Shown in pieces: positions 40,682 through 53,898 of a stretch of DNA of 64,000 nt. How positions within the stretch are numbered: the stretch's first letter is position 1; each line of letters opens with the position of its first letter. A program made the position numbers and the translations under genes. The DNA is from Eledone cirrhosa (lineage: Eukaryota). The stretch lies in assembly GCA_964016885.1 (NCBI GenBank), contig OZ024747.1, positions 61,008,001-61,072,000 on the forward strand, read 5' to 3'. Below the pieces are notes generated by a model, which searched no databases, was not told the DNA's origin, and saw nothing but the letters and a program-made list of their open reading frames with translations.

Positions 40682-42467
40682 TTAAGTCAAGTCCATTCTG
40701 CTCTAAGAATTCTCTTTGGTTCTCTAATCTGAGGATAGCTTTTTTTATGTAGATTTGGTTTCTGTTTCTGGCAGATTAAATGACCAGGTAGAAGCTCACT
40801 TATTGGTCTTGCCACAGGCGTGGAAATTGTGTAGATCTGAAGAAGATATTGAAAAAATATATTATCTTTAAAATTAACTTGTTTATATTTCATTTTTTTT
40901 TTTATTTATTTAATTTATTTTATTTTTACATTCCTCTTTAAAAGATAATATCCTTAAATCCTGATTATTCCTGTTTAATTTATGATTATTGTTGTGGTCA
41001 AAGACGGTGGGGGCAGAAATCAGAAATTAAAAAAAAATATATTTGTTGGTGGGAGAGAAAAAAAATACATTTAACAAAAACAAAAAAAAATAATTAAAAA
41101 AATAACTCCAAAAACTCCTTGCAATAGCTAATTAGAGTTTAATTAGTTAGAAGTAATGAGATGAAGTAAAATAACGAACAGACATTTCTTTACATTTGGA
41201 AGTTGGTAAGTGTGGTGGCGAGGAGTAAGGAGTGGGGAATGAAGAATAAGGTGTCTTTTGATGAAATTAGAATTCTAATGTTATATTAGACCACAATATA
41301 ATTGCTATATAATGCAATTAACGTAATCATACCTCGTTAGCTTGTCTTAGCTTTCATTGTCTTTCACTGTATGTATGTATGTGTGTGTGTATGTGTATGT
41401 GTATGTGTGTATATATGTGTGTGTGTCTTTTTGTTAGACTTTTTTTAATGATCTGTTTCAGGTCTTTTTGTTCACATTTATTATTGTTGTTGTTGTTGTT
41501 GTTGTTATTATTGTTATCGTCATCATCGTTATCAATACCTGAGGACTTTCTTCCATGTACTTTTCTTTCACTCCTCTCAAAATGACAAAGTTGTTGTTGT
41601 TGTTCTTTTTCTTCTTCTTCTTCTTCTTCTTTATTACACATTCCTTTATCCCCCCCCTCTCCCCCTGGAACTGCCTATTCTATTGTCCGTTTATAACCTT
41701 CTTAATTAAAATGACCGACGGAAGTTATTTTCAGACGTTCTGTAAAAAAAAAAGTTCTTAGTTCTTTGATGATATTATTACCAACGAAAGAAAGAAAGTA
41801 TGAACGAAAGAAAGAAGAAAAGAAAGAAAAAAAGAACGAGGAGGGGAACGAAACAGGTCATTAACTCTTTCAGTTATAGTTTAATACTTTTTAATTAATT
41901 TCCAAGCTAAATGGTGATTTATGTCAACAAGTAGCTAGTTAAACTAATTTTATGTTTACTTGTTTATTAATTTTTGTTTCATTAGCTTGGACAGGAGGAA
42001 AGGGGCTGAGTGTGTGGTCTTTGTAGACCATCTGAGACTGTTAGGATCAACCAATATATATGATAGGGGTGTGTCCTAACTAGCCACACCACACTGCACC
42101 ACAACACCAACACTGCACCACATCACAACACCACCAACACTCCACACCACATCAACACCAACACGTCACCACACCACATCAACACCAACACTTCACCACA
42201 TCAACACCAACACTACACCACACCACATCAACCAACACTCCACCACACCAACCAACACCAACACTACACCACATCAACACTGCACGACACCAACCAACAC
42301 TGCACCACAACACACCAACACCAACCAACACTGCACCACATCACACCAACACCACAAACACTGCACCACACACCACACTATGCTTCCATAAAGGGATGGT
42401 GTGATTGTTATGTTGGTATCATCTGGAAAACTGTAAAAGATAGGTAGATAGATAGATAGATAAATAG

Positions 42468-43017
42468 ATATGTTTCTTTTATTTGCCACCAGGGCATCAA
42501 AAGTGGGACAAGTACAATGGGGGGAGTTTACAAAACAAGGCGTCCTCAATAAGGAGGAGGCAATAACAATATATAAAAATAAAATAAAATATAACAAAAA
42601 ATAAAATTTATAACAAAGTCCTCAATAGAGAGGAGGCGCCTTGGGGGGTCGCACACACCCCCGAAAAAAGTGTGCAACCCTTCTCCTCAGGAGCACAGAG
42701 AAGGGGTGCTCCCTTGGTCTTTCATCTTCCTCACCTATAGTCTGATGTAGAGTGAAGGCCCATTCACACGGGCCATTCTCGCCACTTTCACCCATCTTTC
42801 ATAGAAACGGCTGGGGTGCAGCACCTCTCTCTCCATCCTGATCCTTCTTCCGAAATGATATCGGAAGAAACGGACCAGTTGTTGGCCAGAGAGAAAGGTG
42901 TCTGACCTCAGTCCTTTCAGACGCGTCCACCATACAACCTCTTTCGCCATGGCTATTACGCACAGAAACACCGCCTCTCCTTCGTTTTTGAAGGGGGGAG
43001 GCGGCTTGATCGAGCCA
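42468..43017 (-). mobile_element. 3' fragment of a Tx1/L1-like LINE inserted in (GATA)n
   Basis: ORF2-like C-terminus AMAKEVVWWTR...FYERW, 3' UTR ending AATAAAAGAAACATATC, both ends in GATA repeats. Confidence 0.65.
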
Positions 43018-43590
43018 GATAGATAGATAGTTAGACAAATAGATAGAAAGATAGGCAGGTAAATAGGTTGGTAGGTACATAGGAAATAGATAGATAAATA
43101 GATAGACATATAGATAAATAGATATATAGGTAGATAGGCAGATAGACAAATAAATAGATATATAGATAGATATGCAGGCAGGCAATACAGTACAATACAA
43201 TACAATTAAGTAATTTGAATCAACTAACAAATAGCTGTAGACCTTGGGCTTTATTGCTGGAAATAACCTTGATAACACTGTGGTCAGGTTTGACAAGATT
43301 GCTCCTATTGAAAATGTCAGTATTTCAGAAAAGTGCTTTCATTTGTTTCCCCTGAGCAGTACAATAAAATTTATTTTCCTCGGTGGTTGACAACACAGGT
43401 ACTAATTATGGACTGAGTTGTGCTAGGGGACAAGCCAGATAAGGCTGAGATTGGGTTTCACAATAGCACTCCTACAGAAAATGTTAATATTGCTGAAAAT
43501 CACCTTGTCCTACCTACCCTGACCTCTGATTTGAACTCACAGCCTTATGATCGTGAGCTCAATGCACTAATCACAAAGCCACACACCTTC

Positions 43591-44157
43591 ACTGCATTAT
43601 TACATACAGTAAAGATATAACAGAACTGTGAAGGTTGTGAGCTGTACATAGCTGCAGTATTACATACAGTAAAGATATAACAGAACTGTGAAGGTTGTGA
43701 GCTATACATAGCTGCAGTATTACATACAGTAAAGATATAACAGAACTGTGAAGGATGTGAGCTATACATAGCTGCAGTATTACATACAGTAAAGATATAA
43801 CAGAACTGTGAAGGTTGTGAGCTATACATAGCTGCAGTATTACATACAGTAAAGATATAACAGAACTGTGAAGGTTGTGAGCTATACATAGCTGCAGTAT
43901 TACATACAGTAAAGATATAACAGAACTGTGAAGGTTGTGAGCTATACATAGCTGCAGTATTACATACAGTAAAGATATAACAGAACTGTGAAGGTTGTGA
44001 GCTATACATAGCTGCAGTATTACATACAGTAAAGATATAACAGAACTGTGAAGGTTGTGAGCTATACATAGCTGCAGTATTACATACAGTAAAGATATAA
44101 CAGAACTGTGAAGGATGTGAGCTGTACATAGCTGCAGTATTACATACAGTAAAGATT
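43591..44157. repeat. Near-perfect 60-bp minisatellite, ~9.4 copies
   Basis: Successive 60-nt lines are almost identical: CAGAACTGTGAAGGTTGTGAGCTATACATAGCTGCAGTATTACATACAGTAAAGATATAA. Confidence 0.95.
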
Positions 44158-44765
44158 TAACTACTGACTGGATGAATATAAAATAAGGTAACTTGCTGAG
44201 GATACAATGCCCTGTCCTGTCAAGTCAGGGGACTGAAGAATACATTATCTTACAATTGTAAACTTAACACCATAAGCATTAGGCCATGCTCTTTCATCTT
44301 TATAACATGAAACCCAAACAAATTATTACATCTACCCAAGGTGTTCAATAATAGAGTGAAAACATGTAATAAAAATAAGACTATTTAAAAATAACAATAA
44401 ATATTGGTTATTACAAGGGAGAGAAAAAGAAAAGGTTTGATGTAAAAGCGAATGGAAGATTGGTAAAATTGATTCTTTAATGTTTTGAATAAGTTGTTTG
44501 AAGTGCTCGTCAAGTAGATTTAATTATTTTCATAAGAAATTCCTTTGTACAGAGTCTTCAACTATCCTCTATCTAATTATCTAGTTTAGATTCTTCAAAG
44601 ATGGGATGGACGAAGACATAACTACTACTTACATATACACATATATGTCTATGTCTGCTACACTCTCAGTTTCTCTGTCTGTATGTATGTGTGTGTGTGT
44701 GTTTACATATGCATGTGTGTATATGCCTGTATATATATATTCATACACACACACAGACACATATA

Positions 44766-44866
44766 CAGGGTGTTCCCAAAAAATGTATACATACTTTGAT
44801 TACCTTTACAGGCAATATTTATTAAAATGCTGTTGAAGTGTGAATACATTTTTTGGGGACACTCTG
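44766..44866. mobile_element. Tc1/mariner-type 100-bp MITE
   Basis: TA|CAGGGTGTTCCCAAAAAATGTAT...ATACATTTTTTGGGGACACTCTG|TA. Confidence 0.8.
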
Positions 44867-44879
44867 TATATATATTTAT

Positions 44880-44952
<73 letters not shown>

Positions 44953-44966
44953 GTAAACTCACATAC

Positions 44967-45170
44967 CTGCTGTCTAATAAGTAAGGCAGTATTTAACATT
45001 ACAGCAATGTTTAAAAGCTGTTTTAATTGTGAGACACCTCGTATGATTGTGTACATGAGTATGTCTGTGTCATTTCCTTCATCTTTATTATCATCATCAA
45101 AGTCAGATTCCCCAGTCTGGTTGGCACTAGCAGTAGATAGTTTGACCAATAACACTCCCACAAGTCCATT
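44967..45170 (-). CDS. Candidate internal coding exon (204 nt, phase 0-0), product unidentified
   Basis: Acceptor TTTTATATAG|, donor CAG|GTATGT, and an open frame exactly between them: NGLVGVLLVKLSTASANQTGESDFDDDNKDEGNDTDILMYTIIRGVSQLKQLLNIAVMLNTALLIRQQ. Non-repetitive sequence. Confidence 0.55.
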
Positions 45171-45265
45171 CTATATAAAATGCAATATTCCTTGAGTCTT
45201 TTGATCTATTTGCTATCTTCACAACATTGTTATGATGTTACAAATGCTGCTGTCTTACTTACCAC

Positions 45266-45280
45266 GGCGCCCTCTGGTGA
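45266..45280 (-). promoter_or_regulatory. CTCF-like motif
   Basis: Minus strand TCACCAGAGGGCGCC, one mismatch from CCACCAGAGGGCGC, in otherwise AT-rich DNA. Confidence 0.35.
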
Positions 45281-45333
45281 TGCTGTGTATCAACACATTG
45301 TTGTTGTTTATTGCTAGGTCATTCCTCTCTTAA

Positions 45334-45737
45334 CCCTTTAGCATTTAAACCGGCTATATCTGGCCAGAATTCTCTCACTTTTTTCTGTTTAATCTAGCCA
45401 TAACTGGCTGCTCATACTGATGTTAAGGTATTCTTCTCAAAATCAATAATATCAAAACCTCATAGATTCGATATTATGTGGGATAATAATTGTTTCTACT
45501 TTTGGCACAAGGCCAGCAATTACCCAGTGCATTACTGGTACTTTATTTCATCGACCCCGTGAGGATGAAAGGCAAAGTTAACCTTGGCGGGATTTGAACT
45601 CAGAATGGCAAGGGACGTAACTCTATGCATCAAAGCATGGCGTCCGACCCTCTACCGATACTGCCATGTGGGATAATAATGTGAGATAAAGTGTTTACTG
45701 TGAAGATACAATAGTAAATATAGAGTAAGGTAAAGGG
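45334..45737. mobile_element. piggyBac-type MITE with nested SINE (45491-45665)
   Basis: TTAA TSD and CCCTTTA TIRs. The SINE is flanked by the 15-bp TSD ATGTGGGATAATAAT (45476-45490, 45666-45680). Confidence 0.85.
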
Positions 45738-46459
45738 TTAAGTTCTTTTGATGTTCTAAAGCCCTTAAAAGAGTAAGATGCCTCCTTTATATTATATAAG
45801 GTGGTGAATTGACAGAGTCATTAAAATGGTGGGCAGAATCTTTTCTGGTATTCATTGATGCTGACTTTGAGTGTCAGAATAATGAACCATTATCTGCACT
45901 GCACTTTTAGGAACTCTTCATTTACTACAAGGAAACAAACAAAAGGTTACATGAACATTTGACATTTTCACATTTTCCATTTAACTTATCTTTTTGTCTT
46001 TTCTCTACAGCTTACAGACTCTTGTTTGTGGAATAAAGAAAATAAATAAATAGATAGAACAATTTGACAAATGCTTTAACCTGTTTATGAATGAAAAGCT
46101 ACCAAGTTTGGCAACTTTCACATCAACAAGCAAATTGAAGAGGACTTTAGCTGGAATTTAAAGTAGCTCTATAAAATATGCAGAAATCTCAGACCCAGTA
46201 TTTCTAACCCCCAGTCAGTTGAGTCAGGCAATATTGTAGTTTGATTCTTGTGGCTATATAAGAGCAAAATTTTGATGATGGTGATGATGATTATGTTGAT
46301 TATTATGATGATGATGATGATGATTATGTTGATGACTAAATCTTGTTAGCAAATTTAGGTGTAACGGCACAGGTTTACACAGGTGATAAAATATTGATTA
46401 TTTACACAAAGTTATTGGTAAAAAATGTTCCTTCCTAAGATCTTCATTTTTTTCTTTGA

Positions 46460-46514
<55 letters not shown>

Positions 46515-47149
46515 CTTAATATTCTTAAGGTGAGAATGTCAAGATGAGAGAACTGGCTGACTTTAGAAAGCTGTTGATGAAATTATCAATAGATTTTTTT
46601 TTTCTCTCGTTCTTCCATATATACACTCTCCGACAAAAAAACATAAACAAAACACATCATATTGGAATATAAATTCCATTTTTGCTGATCTTTTTACTTA
46701 TATACCTCCTCCCCTCCTCCCCTTTTGACATTTTCTTGTTTGTTTATTGTTTGCTGCTTATTAGTTATAATTTCAATTAGTGGTTTCATTAAGTTCCATG
46801 AAATAGAAAATATTTCCCTCCTAATTTGTCATGTGACGTTAATAAGTATGAAAGGGGAGGCACACATGTGGATTGAGAGAAAGACTGGGTCTAAGAGGAA
46901 TCAGATGTAGTGTGAGAGGTGAAAGAGATATAGAGGAAGAATCTACCCCAGTACTAGACTGGTATTTTTTGTTATTGACCTTGAAAGTATGAAAGACAAA
47001 GATAACCTTGGCGAGATTTAAACTCAGAGAGCAGAAGGTGGAACTAATACCATAAAGCATCTATACAACATTCTATTAACTCTGCTAGTTTAACATCTAA
47101 AACTATATAATTTATATAGTTATATATATTATATATATATTATATATTA

Positions 47150-47505
47150 TACTGGCGTCATGCAGTAATACAGAGTACCCAACCTCCCATGGGTACAAGC
47201 TGAAGCATATAGACAATATGCCCCCCCCCCCCCCCACCGCAAGGTCGTCATGGAGGTGCCACGGTAAAAAAGCACCCAGCCCACACTGTAAAGTGGACGT
47301 GTAGGCACCACGAAAAAGCACCCAGCACTCACTGTAAATGAGGTTGGTGTTAGGAAGGGCATCCAGCTGTAGAAATCAAGCCAGATCAGTTCCTGTATGA
47401 GCAAGGCATGGTCAGCCGACCAGACACTGCCCACAACAGGACAACCCGTCTAACCCATGCTAGCGTGGAAGAACGGACGTAAAACGGTGATGATGATGAT
47501 GATGA
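47150..47505 (+). mobile_element. Non-autonomous element with RTE-like (GAT)n tail (other copies or pieces at 8591-8720, 22335-22497, 29387-29560, 55086-55400, 57810-58050)
   Basis: GGAAGGGCATCCAGCTGTAGAAA..CCCGTCTAACCCATGCTAGCGTGGAAGAACGGACGTAAAACGGTGATGATG. Confidence 0.75.
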
Positions 47506-47520
47506 TATATTATATATATA

Positions 47521-47972
47521 ACAAAGGAATTGTGGTAAGGAACCAGATGCACCATAACGCACCAGAGTACTCAATACTTAGGGTAGTAGAGTGGGAAATA
47601 GGAAAAAGTATGATCCCGACGGCAGAGCTCAAGCCGTTTCGACAGCTATTTCTGGACTAAATTAGAAACTTTAGCCTGGTGAATAAATAGCCGAACTTTT
47701 CAAAGTGGTACTTCCTTATATGGGAAGATTGGAGTTGTCAAGAGGATTGGTTAAAATTTGTTGTAAACACAAACACCAAATGCCATGATAGACTTATTTG
47801 TGTTTACAACGAATTTTAACCAATCCTCTTGACAACTACAATCTTCCCATATAAGGAAGTACCCCCTTGAAAAATTCGGCTATTTATTCACCAGGCTAAG
47901 AATTCTAATTTAGTCCAGAAATAGCCGTCGAAACGGCTTGAGCTCTGCCGTCGGGTCATACTTTTTCCTATT
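47521..47972 (+). mobile_element. Fold-back element with degenerate hammerhead in both arms and a left-side tail
   Basis: Arms ~47598-47773 / 47797-47972. Each has TTGAAAA in place of CTGANGA, stem II CGGCTATTT/AAATAGCCG and GAAAC-GGC..GCC-GTC. Tail 47521-47597 has CACTC...GAGTAC on the minus strand. Flanked by (TA)n. Confidence 0.7.
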
Positions 47973-48356
47973 ATATATATATATATATATTAAATGTTCA
48001 TGTGTGTGTATATATATAATATAAACTATACACTATATATAGTTGTATACATAAAATATATCTATACTACATATACCTCTATAATATAACTTCATAATGC
48101 ACATGTGTATATATATATATGCCATATAATACATATACCTTACATGTTATTACTAAAGCTAGTGATAACACATGGCTGGCATATATGATAAATATGATTA
48201 GATTAATGGAGAATTTGGATGAAATAATTGAACTGAATCATTTGACATAAATCTGAATGGATGAGATAATAGAGTGTAAGGTTGATAGGTGGATATCAGC
48301 AATTACATAAAACAACACTCTCTGTCCATTATTATAGAGTATAGGCAAATAAAGGG

Positions 48357-49928
48357 CGATGGATTGGCAGTATTGGTAGAGGGTCGGACGCCATGCTTTG
48401 TAGCATAGAGTTATGGTCCTTTACAGTCTGAGTTCAAATCCTGCCAAGGTTAACTTTGCCTTTCATCCCTAGAGGGTCGATAAAATAAAGCACTAGTAAC
48501 ATACTGGGGTCGATTTAATCAACTTTCAACTCCCCCCAAATTACTGACCTTGTGCCTATACTAGAAATCATGGATTGGCAGTTTCGGTAGAGGGTCGGAT
48601 GCCATGCTTTGATGCATAGAGTTACGGCCCTTTACGATCTGAGTTCAAATCCCGTCGAGGTTAACTTTGCCTTTCATCCTTACGGGGTCGATAAAATAAA
48701 GTACCAGTAATGCACTGGGTAATTGCTGGCCTTGAGCCTAAAGTAGAAACAATTATTATAGAGTATAGGTAAATAAAGGGCAATGGATTGGCAGAATCAG
48801 TAGATCATCAGACGCCAATCTTTCCAGTATATAGTTACAGCCCTTCACGATCTGAGTTCAAATCCTGCCGAACTCAGCTATGCCTTTTATCACTGGGGTC
48901 GATTTAATAGACTTTCCCCTTCACATTGCTGGTCTTTTGATTAAAGTAGAAACAATTATTATTATTAGAGGGTCAGTAGAGGGTCGGACGCCATGCTTTC
49001 TAGCATAGTTACGTCCCTTTATGATCTGAGTTCAAATCCCGCCGAGGTTAACTTTGCCTTTCATCCTTACGGGGTCGATAAAATAAAGTACCAGTAATGC
49101 ACTGGGTAATTGCTGGCCTTGTGCCTAACGTAGAAACAATTATTATTATTATTACTGAGGGTGGCGGATTGGCAGTATCGGTAGAGCATCGGACACCATG
49201 CGTTGCAGCATAAAGTTATGGCCCTTTACAGTTTGAGTTCAAATCCTGCCGAGGTTAGTTTTGTCTTTCATCTTTATGGGCTCAATAAAATAAAGTACCA
49301 GTAATGTACTGGGGTCAATTTAATAGACTTTCCCTTCCCCCCAAATTGTTGGCTTTGTGCCTAAAAGTACAAACCATTATTATACAGGGAAATAATAGTT
49401 TCTGATTTAGGCACAAGGCCGACAATTTTGGGGGAAGAGGAAAGTTGATTAAATTGACTCCAGTGCATTACTGGTACTTATTTTATCAACCCCCCATAAG
49501 GATAAAGAGCAAAGCAATAACCTTAGTGGGATTTGAACTCAGAGCACAAAGGACCATAGCTATGTTGTCAGATATTCTACCAATTGACTGCCCTCGATAA
49601 TAATAATTGTTTCTACTTTAGGCACAAGGCCAGCAATTACCCAGTGTATTACTGGTACTTTATTTTATCAACCCCGTAAGGATGAAAGGCAAAGTTAACC
49701 TCGGCGGGATTTGAACTCAGAATGGAAAGGGCCGTAACTCTATGCTGGAAAGCATGGCGTCCAACCCTCTACCGATACTGCCAATCCACCAATAATAATA
49801 ATAATAATAATAATTGTTTCTACTTTTGGCACAAGGCCAGCAATTATCCCAGTACATTACTGGTACTTTATTTTATCGACCCCGCAAGGATGAAAGGCAA
49901 AGTTAACCTCGGCGGGATTTGAACTCAG

Positions 49929-49962
<34 letters not shown>

Positions 49963-50160
49963 GTTTCTTATATAGACACAAAGCCAGCAATTTTGGGAGG
50001 AGGGGAAAATCGATTAAATTGACCCCAGTGCATGACTGGTACTTTATTTTATCAACCCCCGTAAGGAGGAAAGGCAAAGTTAACCTCGGTGGGATTTGAA
50101 CTCAGAACATAAAGGACTGTAACTCTATGCTGCAAAGAATGTTGTCCGACACTTTGTCAA
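48357..50160. mobile_element. Cluster of ~9-10 SINE A copies: five or six on + then four on -
   Basis: + at ~48357, 48571, 48784, 48968, 49160; - at ~49398-49590, 49604-49789, 49813-49927, 49961-50160. Other single copies at 18504, 28103, 34187, 51020 and 53615. Confidence 0.85.
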
Positions 50161-50523
50161 TCCACAACCTAACAATTCTGTCAATCCACCACCTAACAAT
50201 TCTGTCAATCCACCACCTAACTTGTCAGCTTAATAATGGTACCAAAATAACCTGATGTGTTCTTCAATAGAGAGAAGCAGTGGATGCATCTGAAGCAAAG
50301 TTTCAAAGCTGCATGTTTGATAGATGTCTGGAAGATATCAAAAGTGCACTGATGCAGCACCGCATGATGTTGGAAGAGCCAGAAATTGCATCGTGTATCA
50401 AACCCCGAGAGTAAATGTAATCCAGCTAATTCCATTACTCACACAGGCACACACTTACATATACATATATAGGCATACATACATATACATATATGAATAT
50501 ATATATATATATATATATATACA

Positions 50524-50620
50524 CAGGGTGTCCAAAAAAATGTATACACACTTTGATTACCTGTACAGGCAATATTTATTAGAATGCTGTTGAAGTGTGT
50601 ATACATCTTTTGGGAACACC

Positions 50621-50623
<3 letters not shown>
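50524..50623. mobile_element. Tc1/mariner-type MITE, second copy
   Basis: CAGGGTGTCC...GAACACCCTG|TA; colinear with 44766-44866. Confidence 0.8.
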
Positions 50624-50705
<82 letters not shown>

Positions 50706-51214
50706 GTAAATTTCATAAAAAAAGTTTATATCCAAAGTTGGCAGAGCACTCAGTCGGAGGGATGAGTTGTAATATACAAAATTTAGTTAAATTCTCAATA
50801 TTTTCATCTGCCAAATACGTGTTTCACTGGGGAGGTGAATTTAACCAAATTGTGTGTGTGTGTGTGTGTGTCTATATATATATTTATATATATATATACA
50901 CACACATAATTGTATGCATATGCCAATATTGATGATGATGATATATATATATATATATATATAATGTAACAAGGGTTATATATTGAAGCATATACAAAAT
51001 GTTTATGTATAATAATATAATTGTTTCAACAAGGCCAGCTATTACCCCAGAGCATTACTGGTACTTTATTTTATCAACCCTGTAAGGATAAAAGCAAAGT
51101 TAACCTCAGCAGAATCTGAACATAACTCCATGCGTCAAACTATAGCGTCTGACCCTCTAACAATACTTGTATAATAATATAATAAATATCCTTTACACCT
51201 CACTAGGATTTTTT

Positions 51215-51313
51215 AATAAGCAATGATCATTTCACTGCTATTCTTAGCCAAAACGGTAGAGCGTCCTAACAGCACCATTTTCGGAGCTTTATCTGTCATC
51301 AGGGGGGCTTACT
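51215..51313 (-). ncRNA. Degenerate hammerhead
   Basis: Minus strand AGTAAGC(C)n-CTGATGA...CCGAAAATGGT/ACCGTTTTGG...GAAAT-GATC-ATT-GCTTATT; stem I is offset by an unpaired C run. Confidence 0.45.
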
Positions 51314-51494
51314 TCTTCATTTCCAAAACAAAATAAGCTGAAAGCTTATAGTTTATATATATATATATACACATATATATATAAACTGGTGATGTCCCTT
51401 TAAAGTTTTATTGTTTCAAAATACACTATATATATTTCAATAGCCGGATTAAGTAATACTCTGAGTCTATGTATATGCATATATATTTATATAT

Positions 51495-51567
<73 letters not shown>

Positions 51568-51724
51568 CATATATATATATATATATATACACACACATAT
51601 ATATGATTTCTTCCGAATGAAACAGTTCTAGTCTTGTAGAAGCCATTTCTATATTAAATATTTATACTCTGATATGTATTGAGCACCTTACTTACTGTGG
51701 ATACCGCCGATTGTACTTGGGATA

Positions 51725-51802
<78 letters not shown>

Positions 51803-52663
51803 TATATATATGCTTTTCATAAGCATACATATCCATTCAAACCCATGCACATACAAACACACACATTGAAGTCTCTTTCTTCTTTGCTGTCTTGGAATCA
51901 TTCTTTTTCCCTCTCTCTTTGATTGAACCTCCACCTCTGACCATCTCTTCATAAATTCTTTCATCTTTTCATCCTAACCACCTCACCATATTACACACAC
52001 ACACACACACACACACAGAAACTTACATAACACCTACTCCTTTCACTTTGTATACACACCTCCCCTATTCACCCACATCTCCTTCCCCACCTTCAACTAA
52101 TATACTAATCTACGCTCTCCACCTCTACCCTGCATTACATCCCCTACCCACCTGAACTACACCCACAACTTACCTATTTCTACCCACACCTGTCCATATA
52201 CGTTATTCCATTAACACCCATACTTACCTTACCCTCATCTGCACCACACCACACCACACCACACCACACCACACCACACCACACCACACCACACCACACC
52301 ACACCACACCACACCACACCACACCACACCACACCACACCACCCCACACCACCCCACACCACACCACACCACACCACCCCACACCACACCACACCACACC
52401 ACACCACACCACCCCACACCACACCACACCACACCACACCACACCACACCACACCACACCACACCACACCACACCACACCACACCACACCACACCACACC
52501 ACACCACCCCACACCACCCCACTCTATCCACAAATTTTCACAGCAATTTTAAATTCCTAGCTGTATTTAGTGAAGCAAGAAGTGAGTATGTTTGTATATA
52601 TTTATATATATATATATAACTTGTGTGTATACATGTGTGTTTACACACACACATATATATATA

Positions 52664-52698
<35 letters not shown>

Positions 52699-52782
52699 TA
52701 GATAGATAGATATGTGTATGTATAGATATATATACATATAGCTATGTATGTATATATAACTTGTGTGTATACATGCGTGTTT

Positions 52783-52827
<45 letters not shown>

Positions 52828-53898
52828 CATATATATATGTATATATATATACATATATATATGTATATATATATGTATATATATATACATATATATATGT
52901 ATATATAGATAGATAGATAGATATATGTATGTATAGATATATATACATATAGCTATGTGTATGTATGTATTCAGTATTCAATTAATAATGCCTCATCTTT
53001 TCATTCCAATCACCTCCACCCCATCATAATACTACATCCCCACCCGTCACCCTACTCCCTTCCTGTGCCCTCATCCAGTCAGCCATTCATCGACTGATAT
53101 TCATGGAGAAATCTTTCCTGTTGCATACACACACATGTATAAGTGGATTGGTGACTTAGTGGTTAGTGAATTGGATTTGCAATCATGAGGCTGCGAGTTC
53201 AATACTTGGATCAGGCCATACATTATATCCTTGAGCAAGACATTTTATTTCATGTTGCTCTCTTTCTGCCAGGAGTTGCAACTTGTAAATACTTTCAGCA
53301 ATGGAAATACCAATGGAAACATAGTTTCCATGGTCCATTTTTTTAGTTCCATCCCCATTCAGTAGGTGAATGGGGTCTGGTATCTCGTTGATCATTCCTT
53401 CTATCTATATGCAAAATGGCTGACTGAATACACACACGTTATTTTTCTCAAATATTTTTTTCTATTATTTCCTCTTCTTGCTCCATCTTTCTATTTTATT
53501 TTTTATTTCTTATTCTATTTTCTGATGAAGACTAGTGAGTGAAACAAACTCTTTTCCTATGATATCAAGTGTTAAACTAATATATTTTTCATAGTACTGT
53601 TTGGATGAAAGTACTGTAAGGATGAAAGGAAAAGTTAAACTCAGCAGGATTTGAACTCAGACCATGAAGGGTTATAACTCTGTGCTGCAAAGCATGGCGT
53701 CCGACCCTCTATAGATACTCCTAATCCACCACCTTATATTTTGGATGGACTGTTAACTCTAAAATACAAATAACAATATATTTCTTTCAGACTGCAACAT
53801 TTTTTAACTTTATTCATAACTGTAAACTTTTATTGTGATATTTTGATAAGTGATTTGTATATTATCTGTTCTAATTATTCTCTTGAGTGACTTATATC

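Noticed and set aside
43591-44157. CRISPR-like array
   Set aside because: Head-to-tail identical units without unique spacers, eukaryotic context and no cas genes.
45980-46055. Strong + strand splice acceptor (TTTTCTCTACAG)
   Set aside because: Followed by only short frames and no partner exon; unsupported without transcripts.
53515-53560. Hammerhead (CTGATGA...GAAAC)
   Set aside because: No cleavage triplet with a pairing stem III or stem I follows.
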